Notes under the pieces: generated by a model
The model's input: the letters and a program-made list of their open reading frames with translations, nothing else
Databases searched by the model: none
Told to the model about the DNA's origin: nothing
NCBI GenBank assembly: GCA_020832565.1
Contig: JAFIEI010000009.1
Location: 15,669-79,668, forward strand
Direction of reading: 5' to 3'
DNA length: 64,000 nucleotides
Source: Salinarimonas sp.
GTDB taxonomy: Bacteria; Pseudomonadota; Alphaproteobacteria; Rhizobiales; Beijerinckiaceae
Program-made: the position numbers and the translations under genes
Part shown: positions 48,551-57,402 of the stretch, piece after piece
Layout: each line of letters starts with the position of its first letter
How positions within the stretch are numbered: position 1 is the first letter of the stretch

Positions 48551-49498
48551 CTAGCGCGACAGGCGCGGATTGAGCACGTCGCGCAGCCGGTCACCGACAA
48601 GGTTGATCGCGACGATCAGGATCACCAGTGCAACACCGGGGAAGGTGGAGATCCAGTAGGTGCCCGAAAGCAGATAGCGATAGCCGTTGGCGATCAGCAT
48701 CCCGAGCGACGGCTCGGTCACCGGCACGCCCACGCCGAGGAAGGAGAGTGTCGCTTCCAGCGCGATGGCATTGGCGATCTGCACGGTCGCGACCACGATC
48801 AGCGGCGGCAGGCAGTTGGGCAGGAGGTGCTTGAAGACGAGCCGGTACGCGGGAAGCGACAGGCAGCGGGCCGCCTCGATATATTCGCGCCGCTTCTCCA
48901 CCAGCGCCGAGCCGCGCACGGTGCGCGCATAATAGGCCCATTGCACGATGATCAGCGCGATGATCACCTTGTCGACGCCGCGCCCGAACACCGCGAGCAG
49001 GATCAGCGCCACGAGGATCGCGGGGAAGGAGAGCTGCAGGTCGACGACGCGCATGATGAAGCTCTCGATGCGCCCGCCCATATAGGCTGCGAAGACGCCG
49101 ACGGATGCGCCGATGATCGCCGCCACCAGCACCGACACGGTACCCACCGTCAGCGACACGCGCATGCCGTAGAGCACGGCGGAGAACATGTCGCGGCCCT
49201 GATCATCCGTCCCCAGAATGGCGAGCATCCCGGTATCTAGACGCTCGCCCGGCGGCAGCATGTTGTCCATGATCGACAGGGTCGCCAGATCATACGGGTT
49301 CTGCGGCGCCCAGAGCGGCGCGCTGAAGGCGGCGAAGACGAGGGCAACGAGAACAACCAACCCGATCGTCGCGGTCTTGCTCTCGAAGAACGAGGCGATA
49401 TGCCGGCGCAGCAGGCTCTCGCCCTGCTCGACGGGACGTGGCGGTGTGGCGGTGGCCTGCGTGGCGCCCTTTGTGGTCGTATCGGACATGACGATCAA
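48551..49498 (-). CDS. Peptide/nickel ABC transporter permease (DppC/OppC type)
   Basis: Six-TM profile with the EAA-like loop YIEAARCLSLPAYRLVFKHLLPN. Confidence 0.9.
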   Translation of the reverse strand: MIVMSDTTTKGATQATATPPRPVEQGESLLRRHIASFFESKTATIGLVVLVALVFAAFSAPLWAPQNPYDLATLSIMDNMLPPGERLDTGMLAILGTDDQGRDMFSAVLYGMRVSLTVGTVSVLVAAIIGASVGVFAAYMGGRIESFIMRVVDLQLSFPAILVALILLAVFGRGVDKVIIALIIVQWAYYARTVRGSALVEKRREYIEAARCLSLPAYRLVFKHLLPNCLPPLIVVATVQIANAIALEATLSFLGVGVPVTEPSLGMLIANGYRYLLSGTYWISTFPGVALVILIVAINLVGDRLRDVLNPRLSR

Positions 49499-50472
49499 CC
49501 CTTCGATTCGGTCAGTCGCACGCGGGGATCGATCGCCGCATAGAGCAGATCGACGACGAGATTGATGATGACGAAGATGACCACGGTCAGCATCAGATAA
49601 GCCACGATCACCGGGCGATCGAGCCGGTTGATCGAATCGATCAGGAGCTTGCCCATGCCGGGATAGGCAAAGACCGTTTCCGTCACCACGGCGAAGGCGA
49701 TCATGGAGCCGAGCTCGAGGCCGAGCACCGTCACCACGGGGATCATCATGTTCTTGAGCACGTGCACGAAGACGATGCGGTTGTACGACAGGCCCTTGGC
49801 GCGGGCGAAGCGCACATAGTCCTGCAGCATCACCTCCCGCGTGCCGGCCTGGGCGATGCGGATCACCAGCGAGGCCTTGTAGAGCGAGAGCGTCAGCGCC
49901 GGCAGGAAGAGATGGCGCAGCCCGTCCCAGGTAAACAGCGACAGATGCACGCCGAACACCTCGACGGTCTCACCGCGCCCGCTTGCCGGCAGCCAGCGCA
50001 GCTGCACCGCAAAAAGCAGGATCAGCATCAGGCCGAGCCAGAAATTCGGCAGCGAGAAACCGAAGATCGAGGTGGTCATGATCGATCGCCCGAGCAGCGA
50101 CTCGGGCTTCAGGCCGGCGATCACGCCCAGCGGCACGCCGAGCAGGATCGAGAGAATCAGCGCCGCCAGCGCCAGCTCCATCGTCGCCGGGAAGCGCTGC
50201 AGGATCACGTCGACGGCCGGTTGGGCGTAGACGAAGGAACGCCCGAGGTCACCCTGGAGCGCGTTCCATACGAAGATGCCGAATTGTTCGTATATCGGTC
50301 GATCGAGGCCCAGACGCGTGGTGATCGCTTCGAGCTCGCGCTGATCGGCGTCCGGACTGGCCAGAATCGCCACCGGATCACCGACCGCGAAAACGGCCAG
50401 AAAGACCAGCGTGGCCATGACGGCCACCACCATTATGGATTGGCCAATACGGCGAATGAGATAAACCAGCAT
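49495..50472 (-). CDS. Peptide/nickel ABC transporter permease (DppB/OppB type)
   Basis: MLVYLIRRIGQSIMVV N-terminus and the EAA loop YVRFARAKGLSYNRIVFVHVLKN. 4-nt overlap with the downstream permease. Confidence 0.9.
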   Translation of the reverse strand: MLVYLIRRIGQSIMVVAVMATLVFLAVFAVGDPVAILASPDADQRELEAITTRLGLDRPIYEQFGIFVWNALQGDLGRSFVYAQPAVDVILQRFPATMELALAALILSILLGVPLGVIAGLKPESLLGRSIMTTSIFGFSLPNFWLGLMLILLFAVQLRWLPASGRGETVEVFGVHLSLFTWDGLRHLFLPALTLSLYKASLVIRIAQAGTREVMLQDYVRFARAKGLSYNRIVFVHVLKNMMIPVVTVLGLELGSMIAFAVVTETVFAYPGMGKLLIDSINRLDRPVIVAYLMLTVVIFVIINLVVDLLYAAIDPRVRLTESKG

Positions 50473-50689
50473 GGCGGCTGTCTCACGTTAGAGGGAGGTT
50501 GCCGTGTACGACCCAGCGTAAGGCTGTACAGAACAAGAAGAGCACCATGGCGCGCTCAAATCAATGAGCCGTGGAGAAACCGTCTTTCGCATGATTTTGC
50601 AAGGGTATCGGCAAAGATTTTCGCCATGCCTGTGAATCATGCGGTCGGTCGAGTTTCCCTAGGGTTGCGTGATTTTTCAAGAATGAAAT

Positions 50690-50711
50690 CCGGGCTTGTG
50701 CCCGGCTTTTT
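50690..50711. terminator. Intrinsic-terminator-like hairpin CCGGGC-TTGT-GCCCGG with A- and T-tracts on either side (potentially bidirectional)
   Basis: Read directly. The plus strand is followed by CTTTTT. On the minus strand it is preceded by GGAAAAAG and followed by ATTTCATTCTT. It lies inside the leader of the minus-strand ABC operon. Confidence 0.45.
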
Positions 50712-50821
50712 CCATTCAAACCCGCAATACCAGTATATGCGCCGGTTACGACTGTTGGCCCGCAGGTGAAGTGCGGCCTCGGAACATGCCGGTCGGAATC
50801 ACCTGCATCTCTGCCTGCGAC

Positions 50822-50884
50822 CTAACCGACGCGGCCAGCCGGGAACGAACAGGTTGGGGTGAGCCTGGTGCATTCGCGCCACAT
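50822..50884 (-). CDS. Candidate 20-codon leader ORF (MWRECTRLTPTCSFPAGRVG)
   Basis: ATG preceded by GAGGAG at 6-nt spacing. Lies between the LysR-type gene and the ABC operon. Too short to judge coding potential. Confidence 0.25.
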   Translation of the reverse strand: MWRECTRLTPTCSFPAGRVG

Positions 50885-51043
50885 GATCTTCTCCTCTGTA
50901 TTGGGGCGATTCTTCGTCCCTATGATTTTTTTGCGCTTACGCATCAGTTTTGCGCATAGCGTTATTGCGCAAGCGCAACAAATTGGTAATATCTCGCTGG
51001 TGTATTGTCACCATTAAAAATGATCACTTTTTGTAATAGAGGT

Positions 51044-51979
51044 ATGCGGAAAATGGAAATCGAAGACGATGGTGGACGCTCTTCGCGTCCCAGTGTGCGT
51101 GAACTCGAAGTGCTGCACGCGGTGATCACCACGCGCAAGACGACTGCAGCGGCGCAGCGGCTGGGTGTTTCGCAGCCGGCGGTGTCGCGTGCGATCGGGG
51201 CTCTGGAGGCGCGCCTGGGCCGCGATCTGTTCGTGCGCGACGGCGGGCGCCTCGTCCCGACGGCAGATGCCTTCGCCCTCGACGCTGAAGCCGCGCCGAT
51301 CTTCGCCGCACTCGCGCGCCTCTCCAATTGGCCGAACACGCCGAGCGTGGGGACGCTGCTGCGCATTTTCAGCACGCCGACCATCGCTCATACCTTCCTT
51401 GCGCCGATGGTCACCCGCTTCCTCAAGGTCGAGCCGGATACCCGGGTCCAGATGGAGATCGGGCGCTCCGACGATGCAGTCGCATCTGTCGCCGACGGCA
51501 CGACTGATCTCGGGGTTCTCGATGTCAAGGCGGCCCATCTCGGCGTGCGTGCCGAGCCGTTCCGTCAGTCGGTTGCGCATGTGCTGATGCCGGCCGACCA
51601 TCCGCTCGCCGAGAAGGAAGTGATTCGGCCCAGCGATATCGGTGATTCGCCACTCATCGCCATCACCAGGCGCTTCTCGGCCCGCGCGCGCCTCGAACGC
51701 GCCTTCGCCGACGAGGGTGTCGAGCCACGCACGGTTCTCGAATCGGGAACGGTACAATTCCTGCTGGAGATGGTGCGCGCGGGTGTCGGGATTGCCGTTA
51801 TCAATCCCTTCCCAATCGCCTATGTTGCAGGGGCGGGGCTCGTCTTCCGACCGTTCGAGCCCTTGATCGAATATGAGACTTCGTTCGTGTTTCCGGCGGT
51901 CGGCGGAAACCTGCCCGTAGCGCGGCGTTTCGTCGATTTCGTGCGCACCGAGCAGATGTCTCTGGTGCCGGCATCCTAG
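51044..51979 (+). CDS. LysR-family transcriptional regulator
   Basis: HTH VRELEVLHAVITTRKTTAAAQRLGVSQPAVSRAIGALEARLG plus a LysR substrate-binding fold. Start is ATG 51044 or 51053. Confidence 0.85.
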   Translation: MRKMEIEDDGGRSSRPSVRELEVLHAVITTRKTTAAAQRLGVSQPAVSRAIGALEARLGRDLFVRDGGRLVPTADAFALDAEAAPIFAALARLSNWPNTPSVGTLLRIFSTPTIAHTFLAPMVTRFLKVEPDTRVQMEIGRSDDAVASVADGTTDLGVLDVKAAHLGVRAEPFRQSVAHVLMPADHPLAEKEVIRPSDIGDSPLIAITRRFSARARLERAFADEGVEPRTVLESGTVQFLLEMVRAGVGIAVINPFPIAYVAGAGLVFRPFEPLIEYETSFVFPAVGGNLPVARRFVDFVRTEQMSLVPAS

Positions 51980-52008
51980 CCGCACCTCGAGTTGTAGGGA
52001 GCTGTTAT

Positions 52009-53172
52009 ATGTCACATGACAGAATCGCATCGATTCTGTCGACGCTGGTGGCGTTCGACACGACGAGCCGCAATTCCAACCTCGCGATCATCGACTGGAT
52101 CGAGAATTTTCTCGCGCCACACGGATTCACCTTCGAGCGGATCTACGATGCGACGGGGCAGAAGGCGAATCTGTGGGCCAGCATCGGGCCGCAGGACAAG
52201 CCCGGCTTCGTCCTGTCGGGCCATACCGATGTCGTGCCCGTCGACGGCCAGAACTGGTCGAGCGACCCGTTCACCGTCACCGAGCGGGACGGGCGCCTCT
52301 ATGGGCGCGGCACGTGTGACATGAAGGGCTTCCTCGCCGTCTGCCTCGCCAATGCCGAGGCGATAGCGAAGGCGCCGCTGACGCGGCCGATCCACTTCGC
52401 CTTCAGCTATGACGAGGAGGTGGGCTGCGTCGGCGCCCGCGGCCTCGTCTCCTGGCTGCGTGATCAGCCCGTGCGGCCCGAAGCCTGTTTCGTCGGCGAG
52501 CCCTCCAACATGCAGGTGGTGCTCGGCCACAAGGCGAAGCGGAGCATGGCCGTGACGGTGCGCGGCCTGACCCGCCATTCCTCGCTCGCGCCGCAGGGTG
52601 TCAATGCGGTTGAATTCGGGGCATTGCTCGTGGCGGAAATCCGCCGCGTCGCCGAGGAACTGCAGGGGGCGGGTGCGCGCGATGAACTCTACGACGTGCC
52701 CCATACCACGGCGCATGTCGGTATCATGCAGGGCGGCACGGCGCTCAACATCGTGCCGGACACGTGCGAGATCCGATTCGAGATTCGCGCAATCGGACAG
52801 GACGATCCCGATATCATCGTGCAGCAGATCCGCGATTACGCTGCCGGGGTGCTCGAGCCGCGCATGCAGGCGATCGATCCGGAGAGCGGGATCGATATCC
52901 AGGTCTTTGCGGGTTTTCCCGGTCTCGATACGGAACCGGAGGAGGACGTGGCAACGCTCGCCAAGCGCCTCGCCGGGCGCAACGACCACGCCAAGGTGGC
53001 CTATGGTACCGAAGCCGGCTTGTTCCAGACCATTGCCGAGGTGCCGACCGTGATCGTCGGGCCGGGCGCCATCGCCCAGGCGCATCAGGCGGATGAATGG
53101 GTGGCGATCGACGAATTGATGAAATGCGACGCCTTCATCGGGCAACTCGTCGGTCACTGCACCCGCGCCTGA
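52009..53172 (+). CDS. argE: Acetylornithine deacetylase-like M20 peptidase
   Basis: LSGHTDVVPV, GRGTCDMKGF, and YDEEVGC metal-ligand motifs of ArgE/DapE-type M20 enzymes. Exact substrate not provable from sequence. Confidence 0.8.
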   Translation: MSHDRIASILSTLVAFDTTSRNSNLAIIDWIENFLAPHGFTFERIYDATGQKANLWASIGPQDKPGFVLSGHTDVVPVDGQNWSSDPFTVTERDGRLYGRGTCDMKGFLAVCLANAEAIAKAPLTRPIHFAFSYDEEVGCVGARGLVSWLRDQPVRPEACFVGEPSNMQVVLGHKAKRSMAVTVRGLTRHSSLAPQGVNAVEFGALLVAEIRRVAEELQGAGARDELYDVPHTTAHVGIMQGGTALNIVPDTCEIRFEIRAIGQDDPDIIVQQIRDYAAGVLEPRMQAIDPESGIDIQVFAGFPGLDTEPEEDVATLAKRLAGRNDHAKVAYGTEAGLFQTIAEVPTVIVGPGAIAQAHQADEWVAIDELMKCDAFIGQLVGHCTRA

Positions 53173-53178
53173 ACGGGC

Positions 53179-53415
53179 TCAGAATGCCTTGAAGGTGATG
53201 ATGGTCTTGGTGTCGTCGATTTCCGGGATCGTCTGCACCTTCTCGGCGACGAAATGGCCGATATCGACATCGCGGTCGATATGGAACTTGGCCAGGATGT
53301 CGTAATCTCCGGCCGTGGAATAGATTTCCGATGCAATCTCGCGATCGGCGAGCTCCATCGCCACCTCGTAGGTCTTGCCCAGCTTGCACTTGATCTCGAC
53401 GAAGAAGGTCTGCAC
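53179..53415 (-). CDS. Stand-alone Lrp/AsnC ligand-binding (RAM) domain protein
   Basis: 78 aa, MQTFFVEIKCKLGKTYEVAMELADREIASEIYSTAGDYDILAKF... No HTH domain present. Confidence 0.75.
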   Translation of the reverse strand: MQTFFVEIKCKLGKTYEVAMELADREIASEIYSTAGDYDILAKFHIDRDVDIGHFVAEKVQTIPEIDDTKTIITFKAF

Positions 53416-53523
53416 GGGAGTGCTCCTGTTGGTTTGCGAGGCGGGTCCGCCCGGTGATCCTGACTAGGGTCTAACCCGTTCTTACGTATCGGAAAAGGCG
53501 CATTCGCCCGCGCACGGTGATCT

Positions 53524-54348
53524 TCATCCTCCTGCGAGGGCGACGAGCCGGCGCGTCATCGCGGAATCGGCGTCGGCAAGCGGTGCGATCACGTCGAAAT
53601 GGTGGCGTTTCTCGAGGCTTTCGAAACGCGTATCGACCCCGGCGCGACCCCAGCTCTCGACGATGGTCTCGCTCTGCCGGTGATATTCCTCGCTCTCGTC
53701 GGCGCCCACCACCGCATCGAGGATGGTGCCCGCGCGCGGCGGCTTCCAATGCAGCGGGCTCACCGCGCGGGCGGATTCGGCGTCGAGACCGAGCGCGCCG
53801 TTGATGCTGGTCGTGACCAGCGGCTCGAGGTCGAACAGGCCCGAGATCGCATAGGCGGCCTGGACGCTGTCCTCCGGCAGCTCCGGGTCATGCGCACGCC
53901 AATCCGTCGCCAGCATGCAGGCGGCGAGATGCCCGCCGGCGGAGTGGCCGGCAATGACGAGGGGGCGACCGAGGCGGATCAGGATGCGGCACGCATCGCG
54001 GAGCTGGAGGATGATCTCGGCTATGCTGGTATCGGGGCACAGGTCGTAGCCGGGTACCGCAACCGAAATCCCGTGCGCATTGGCGCCGCGCGCCATGTGG
54101 CTGAAATAGCTGCGCTCCATCGCCTGCCAGTAGCCGCCATGGATGAAGACGAGGGTCGCCGCACCGCGCGGATCGCTCGGTGTGAACAGGTCGAGGATCG
54201 CCCGCTCGCCGGATCCGTAGGGGATCGGCGTCGGTGGTGTATTCTCGCGGTAATCGGCCGCCTCGGCGATCCAGCCCGATATATGTGTGGGATGATCGGG
54301 CACACGGGCGCGGTTGTTATACTGCGCTTCAAAATCGATCACGCTCAT
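53524..54348 (-). CDS. Alpha/beta hydrolase (arylformamidase/esterase-like)
   Basis: HGGYW oxyanion motif and the GHSAGGHL nucleophile elbow. The ATG at 54348 is preferred over the track start. Confidence 0.8.
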   Translation of the reverse strand: MSVIDFEAQYNNRARVPDHPTHISGWIAEAADYRENTPPTPIPYGSGERAILDLFTPSDPRGAATLVFIHGGYWQAMERSYFSHMARGANAHGISVAVPGYDLCPDTSIAEIILQLRDACRILIRLGRPLVIAGHSAGGHLAACMLATDWRAHDPELPEDSVQAAYAISGLFDLEPLVTTSINGALGLDAESARAVSPLHWKPPRAGTILDAVVGADESEEYHRQSETIVESWGRAGVDTRFESLEKRHHFDVIAPLADADSAMTRRLVALAGG

Positions 54349-54544
54349 ATCGCCTCCCACCCCCCGTCCCGTTCGGCTCTTTTCATCAGGGTGCATGAGT
54401 TGAGCGCGCTGCGCAACGGCGGCGGTGTGTTCGGTTGGGGCATGGCGCCAATCGGGAAAGCGCGCGGGAGTGCTTTGACAAAGGCGCCATGGCGCCGCGC
54501 ATTCTCCGGCTTACGCTTTCAACACTTGCGCAAAGGACGTCGTG

Positions 54545-55582
54545 ATGACGGATCCGGTTCTGATCGAGGTAACCCGTGGCTCCCAGGTTGAATCACGCCA
54601 TGGCGGCCTGTTGGCGATCAGCGATGTCCGTGGAAATCTGGTCGCGTCAGTGGGCGATGCGACCCGCCCGGTCTTTCCGCGTTCGGCGATCAAGGCGCTA
54701 CAGGTGCTGCCCTTCGTGGCTTCCGGGCACGCCGCGAGGCTCGGATACACGGCAGAGGAAATCGCGCTGACCTGTGCCTCGCATTCCGGCGAGCCCACGC
54801 ATGTCGCCACGGCGCGGGGCATGCTCGCGCGGGTGGGGCGTGATGAAGCCTGCCTCGAATGCGGGGCGCACTGGCCGATCGATCAGGAGGCGATGCGCGA
54901 AATGGCGCGGCGCGGCGAGAGCCCCCATGCCGGCCACAATAACTGTTCGGGCAAGCATGCGGGATTCGTCTGCCTCGCCTGCGCCGAGGGCCATGATCCC
55001 GCCGGCTATATCGGCCCCGATCACCCGGTTCAGCAGCAGGTGCGCGCCGCATTGGTCGAGATGACCGGTGCCCCGCACGAGCCGCATAATCGCGGCATCG
55101 ACGGCTGTTCGATTCCGACCTATGCCGTGCCGCTCGAAGCGCTTGCAGGCGCCTTCGCGCGCTTCGGGACCGGGGAGGCGATGCCTGCGGAATTCGCGCA
55201 GGCATCTCGCATGATCCGCGACGCGGTGGCGCAGGCGCCGTTCATGGTGGCGGGAAGCGGGCGGTTCGATACGCGCGTGATGACGCGGTTCGGCGAGCGG
55301 GTCTTCATGAAGACGGGCGCGGAGGGCGTCTATTGCGCCGCAATTCCCGAGCGCGGCCTCGGCATTGCCCTGAAATGCGCCGACGGTGCGACGCGCGCTT
55401 CCGAGGCGATCATGGCGCGGGTGCTCGGTGCGCTTCTGGCGCGCGACGAGGACGAGCGGGCATTCCTGGAGGAATGCGCGCATGCGCCCATCACGAACTG
55501 GAACGCGATCACCGTAGGCGGCCTGCGCCCGACACCAGAGCTCGATGCGGCCCTGGCCGAAGCATCGGCGGGCGCGGGCTGA
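54545..55582 (+). CDS. Asparaginase II family protein (PF06089-like)
   Basis: EVTRGSQVESRHGG, RSAIKALQ, CASHSGE, and NNCSGKHAGF motifs. Confidence 0.8.
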   Translation: MTDPVLIEVTRGSQVESRHGGLLAISDVRGNLVASVGDATRPVFPRSAIKALQVLPFVASGHAARLGYTAEEIALTCASHSGEPTHVATARGMLARVGRDEACLECGAHWPIDQEAMREMARRGESPHAGHNNCSGKHAGFVCLACAEGHDPAGYIGPDHPVQQQVRAALVEMTGAPHEPHNRGIDGCSIPTYAVPLEALAGAFARFGTGEAMPAEFAQASRMIRDAVAQAPFMVAGSGRFDTRVMTRFGERVFMKTGAEGVYCAAIPERGLGIALKCADGATRASEAIMARVLGALLARDEDERAFLEECAHAPITNWNAITVGGLRPTPELDAALAEASAGAG

Positions 55583-55595
55583 CGGACAAGCCGGC

Positions 55596-56636
55596 TCAGG
55601 AGACCTTGCTGCGCACTTTCAAGAAGCGCATGGCGCGCTCCGACATCTCGGCCGTGAGCTCGTCATAGCTGGCGAGATCCCGGTCGATCTGCTTTGCCGG
55701 AATGCCCAGCCGCGAGGCGCGCATCGTGAGGACGTCCTTGAAGGCCCCGGAGCCGAGCGCCATGGCCTTGCAGGCGACGGCGATGCCGCTGGCTTCCTTC
55801 TGGAGCAGGGCGCGCAGGGCCTGGGTGTTGGGAATGTCGCTGAAGGTGCTGATCACCTGGGCGAGATCAAAGGCACGGTCGTCCTTGCACAGCAGCGTAA
55901 CGACCTCGTCGATACCGCGTTTGCCTTCCTTCAGATCGGCGATCAGCAGCCGCACTTCCAGCCGGCGCTCGCGCGCCTTGCGGGCGAAGTGCTTGTTCTT
56001 GCTGGCATCGATGACCTCGGTCTCGACCTCGGGCGCGTGTGTCAGGCTCATCTGCGCCGCAATCTGAAGCACCCGCCGCGCCTGGGTGGAAGGAAGCGAA
56101 TCCGAGCGCTCGGCGAGATTGCGCGCGATCTGGGTATCACCGTCACCGCGCGTGATCAGGGTGTCGAGGCCCTGGTCGGAGAATGCCGCGCCCTCATTGC
56201 CCGAGACCGTGCGCAGGACCTTGCGATCGCCGCGCTGGACCAGCACGTCGGTCACCGTCTCCGACAGGCTGGCGCGCTCGGCGATGGCGGCAAGGTGGGT
56301 TTGCGAATGCGTGACCGCAATCGCGGCCAGATCGTCATCGCTGAGGACCGGTGAGAGCCGCAGCACCAATTGCGCGACGCCGGCCTCGTCGTCGCTGGCG
56401 AGGCGCTTGGCGATCGGGTTGGGCAGTTGCGGCTCCGCCGCGACGCGCTCGGCATAGGCCGCGCGGTCGTCGGATCCCATCGCATCGAGGGAGCGTTCGG
56501 CGATTTCCGTATAGTGCTCGGTCGCTGCCGCGCTGGCTTCCTCATCGACCAGAAACAGATCCGTGACTGCGCTCAGAAGGGTGCGACGTCCTTCGGACGA
56601 GGAATCCGCAGACATTTCCGACAAGCGTTCGAGCAT
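55596..56636 (-). CDS. DUF2336 domain-containing protein
   Basis: All-helical repeat protein with SAVTDLFLVDE..., VAQLVLRLSPVLSDDDL and similar segments, typical of alphaproteobacterial DUF2336. Confidence 0.75.
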   Translation of the reverse strand: MLERLSEMSADSSSEGRRTLLSAVTDLFLVDEEASAAATEHYTEIAERSLDAMGSDDRAAYAERVAAEPQLPNPIAKRLASDDEAGVAQLVLRLSPVLSDDDLAAIAVTHSQTHLAAIAERASLSETVTDVLVQRGDRKVLRTVSGNEGAAFSDQGLDTLITRGDGDTQIARNLAERSDSLPSTQARRVLQIAAQMSLTHAPEVETEVIDASKNKHFARKARERRLEVRLLIADLKEGKRGIDEVVTLLCKDDRAFDLAQVISTFSDIPNTQALRALLQKEASGIAVACKAMALGSGAFKDVLTMRASRLGIPAKQIDRDLASYDELTAEMSERAMRFLKVRSKVS

Positions 56637-56711
56637 GGTGGCCTCAATTTCGTTTGCCCGAATACACCTGCCATGAATTGTTTCACGCCGGGTTAATCCG
56701 TGCGTTCGAAC

Positions 56712-57398
56712 TTACTTCGACGAGTAATCTGATGCTCGAAACTTTGATGAATACGCGCGTGCTGCCAACAAATAAATACAATCATTTATTGCTCTAATTA
56801 ATTCATGATGCGAAGGCCTCTTGTTCCTTCGTTCCTTGCCGGGTTCGCGCCTGGTGCGCTGCGTCATATCGCGCGGAAACGGAATGTGGATAAAGACCAC
56901 ATGCGGGTTTCGGTCCGGGCCGCGGGCGCGCAGGGCGCAGTAATAGGCGGCGTTGCACAGATAGCGTCCTGCATCACGCGAGACCGCTGAACGCAGCCCG
57001 CGTCGCCGCATCGCACGGACCATGGCCTCAACCGGCGCTTGTGTGCGGCGGATCAGCTGCGGGTCGGTCCGGTCGAGCCGCAGGCTGGTATCGCCGACGT
57101 TGCCGCCGGCATCGGGAAACAGGCGTGATACCCGGTTTCGCGCCTGTCGTTCCGGGGTGATCGCGTCGCGCGTTCCAGCGACGCCGAGGAGGAGCACCGC
57201 ATCCGGTGCGGTTTCGCGCAACGCAGGCAGCAACTGCGTCTCCAGCGCGCCATAGCGCGTGTCGAGAATGCGCAGGTCGATCTGCCAGCCCAATCGCCGC
57301 CAGCGCGGATTCGCGGCAACCGCGCGTGCGACGCGTTCGGAGGGGTTGCGTGGAACCCGGGGGAACGGCCCGAAGCCGGTGATCAGCAAACGCGGCAT
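56712..57398 (-). CDS. Pyroglutamyl-peptidase I (peptidase C15) family protein
   Basis: MPRLLITGFGPF start, Cys motif AGRYLCN, His motif VVFIHIP. The last ~30 codons run into AT-rich DNA, so the C-terminus is uncertain. Confidence 0.75.
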   Translation of the reverse strand: MPRLLITGFGPFPRVPRNPSERVARAVAANPRWRRLGWQIDLRILDTRYGALETQLLPALRETAPDAVLLLGVAGTRDAITPERQARNRVSRLFPDAGGNVGDTSLRLDRTDPQLIRRTQAPVEAMVRAMRRRGLRSAVSRDAGRYLCNAAYYCALRARGPDRNPHVVFIHIPFPRDMTQRTRREPGKERRNKRPSHHELIRAINDCIYLLAARAYSSKFRASDYSSK

Positions 57399-57402
57399 GG
57401 TT

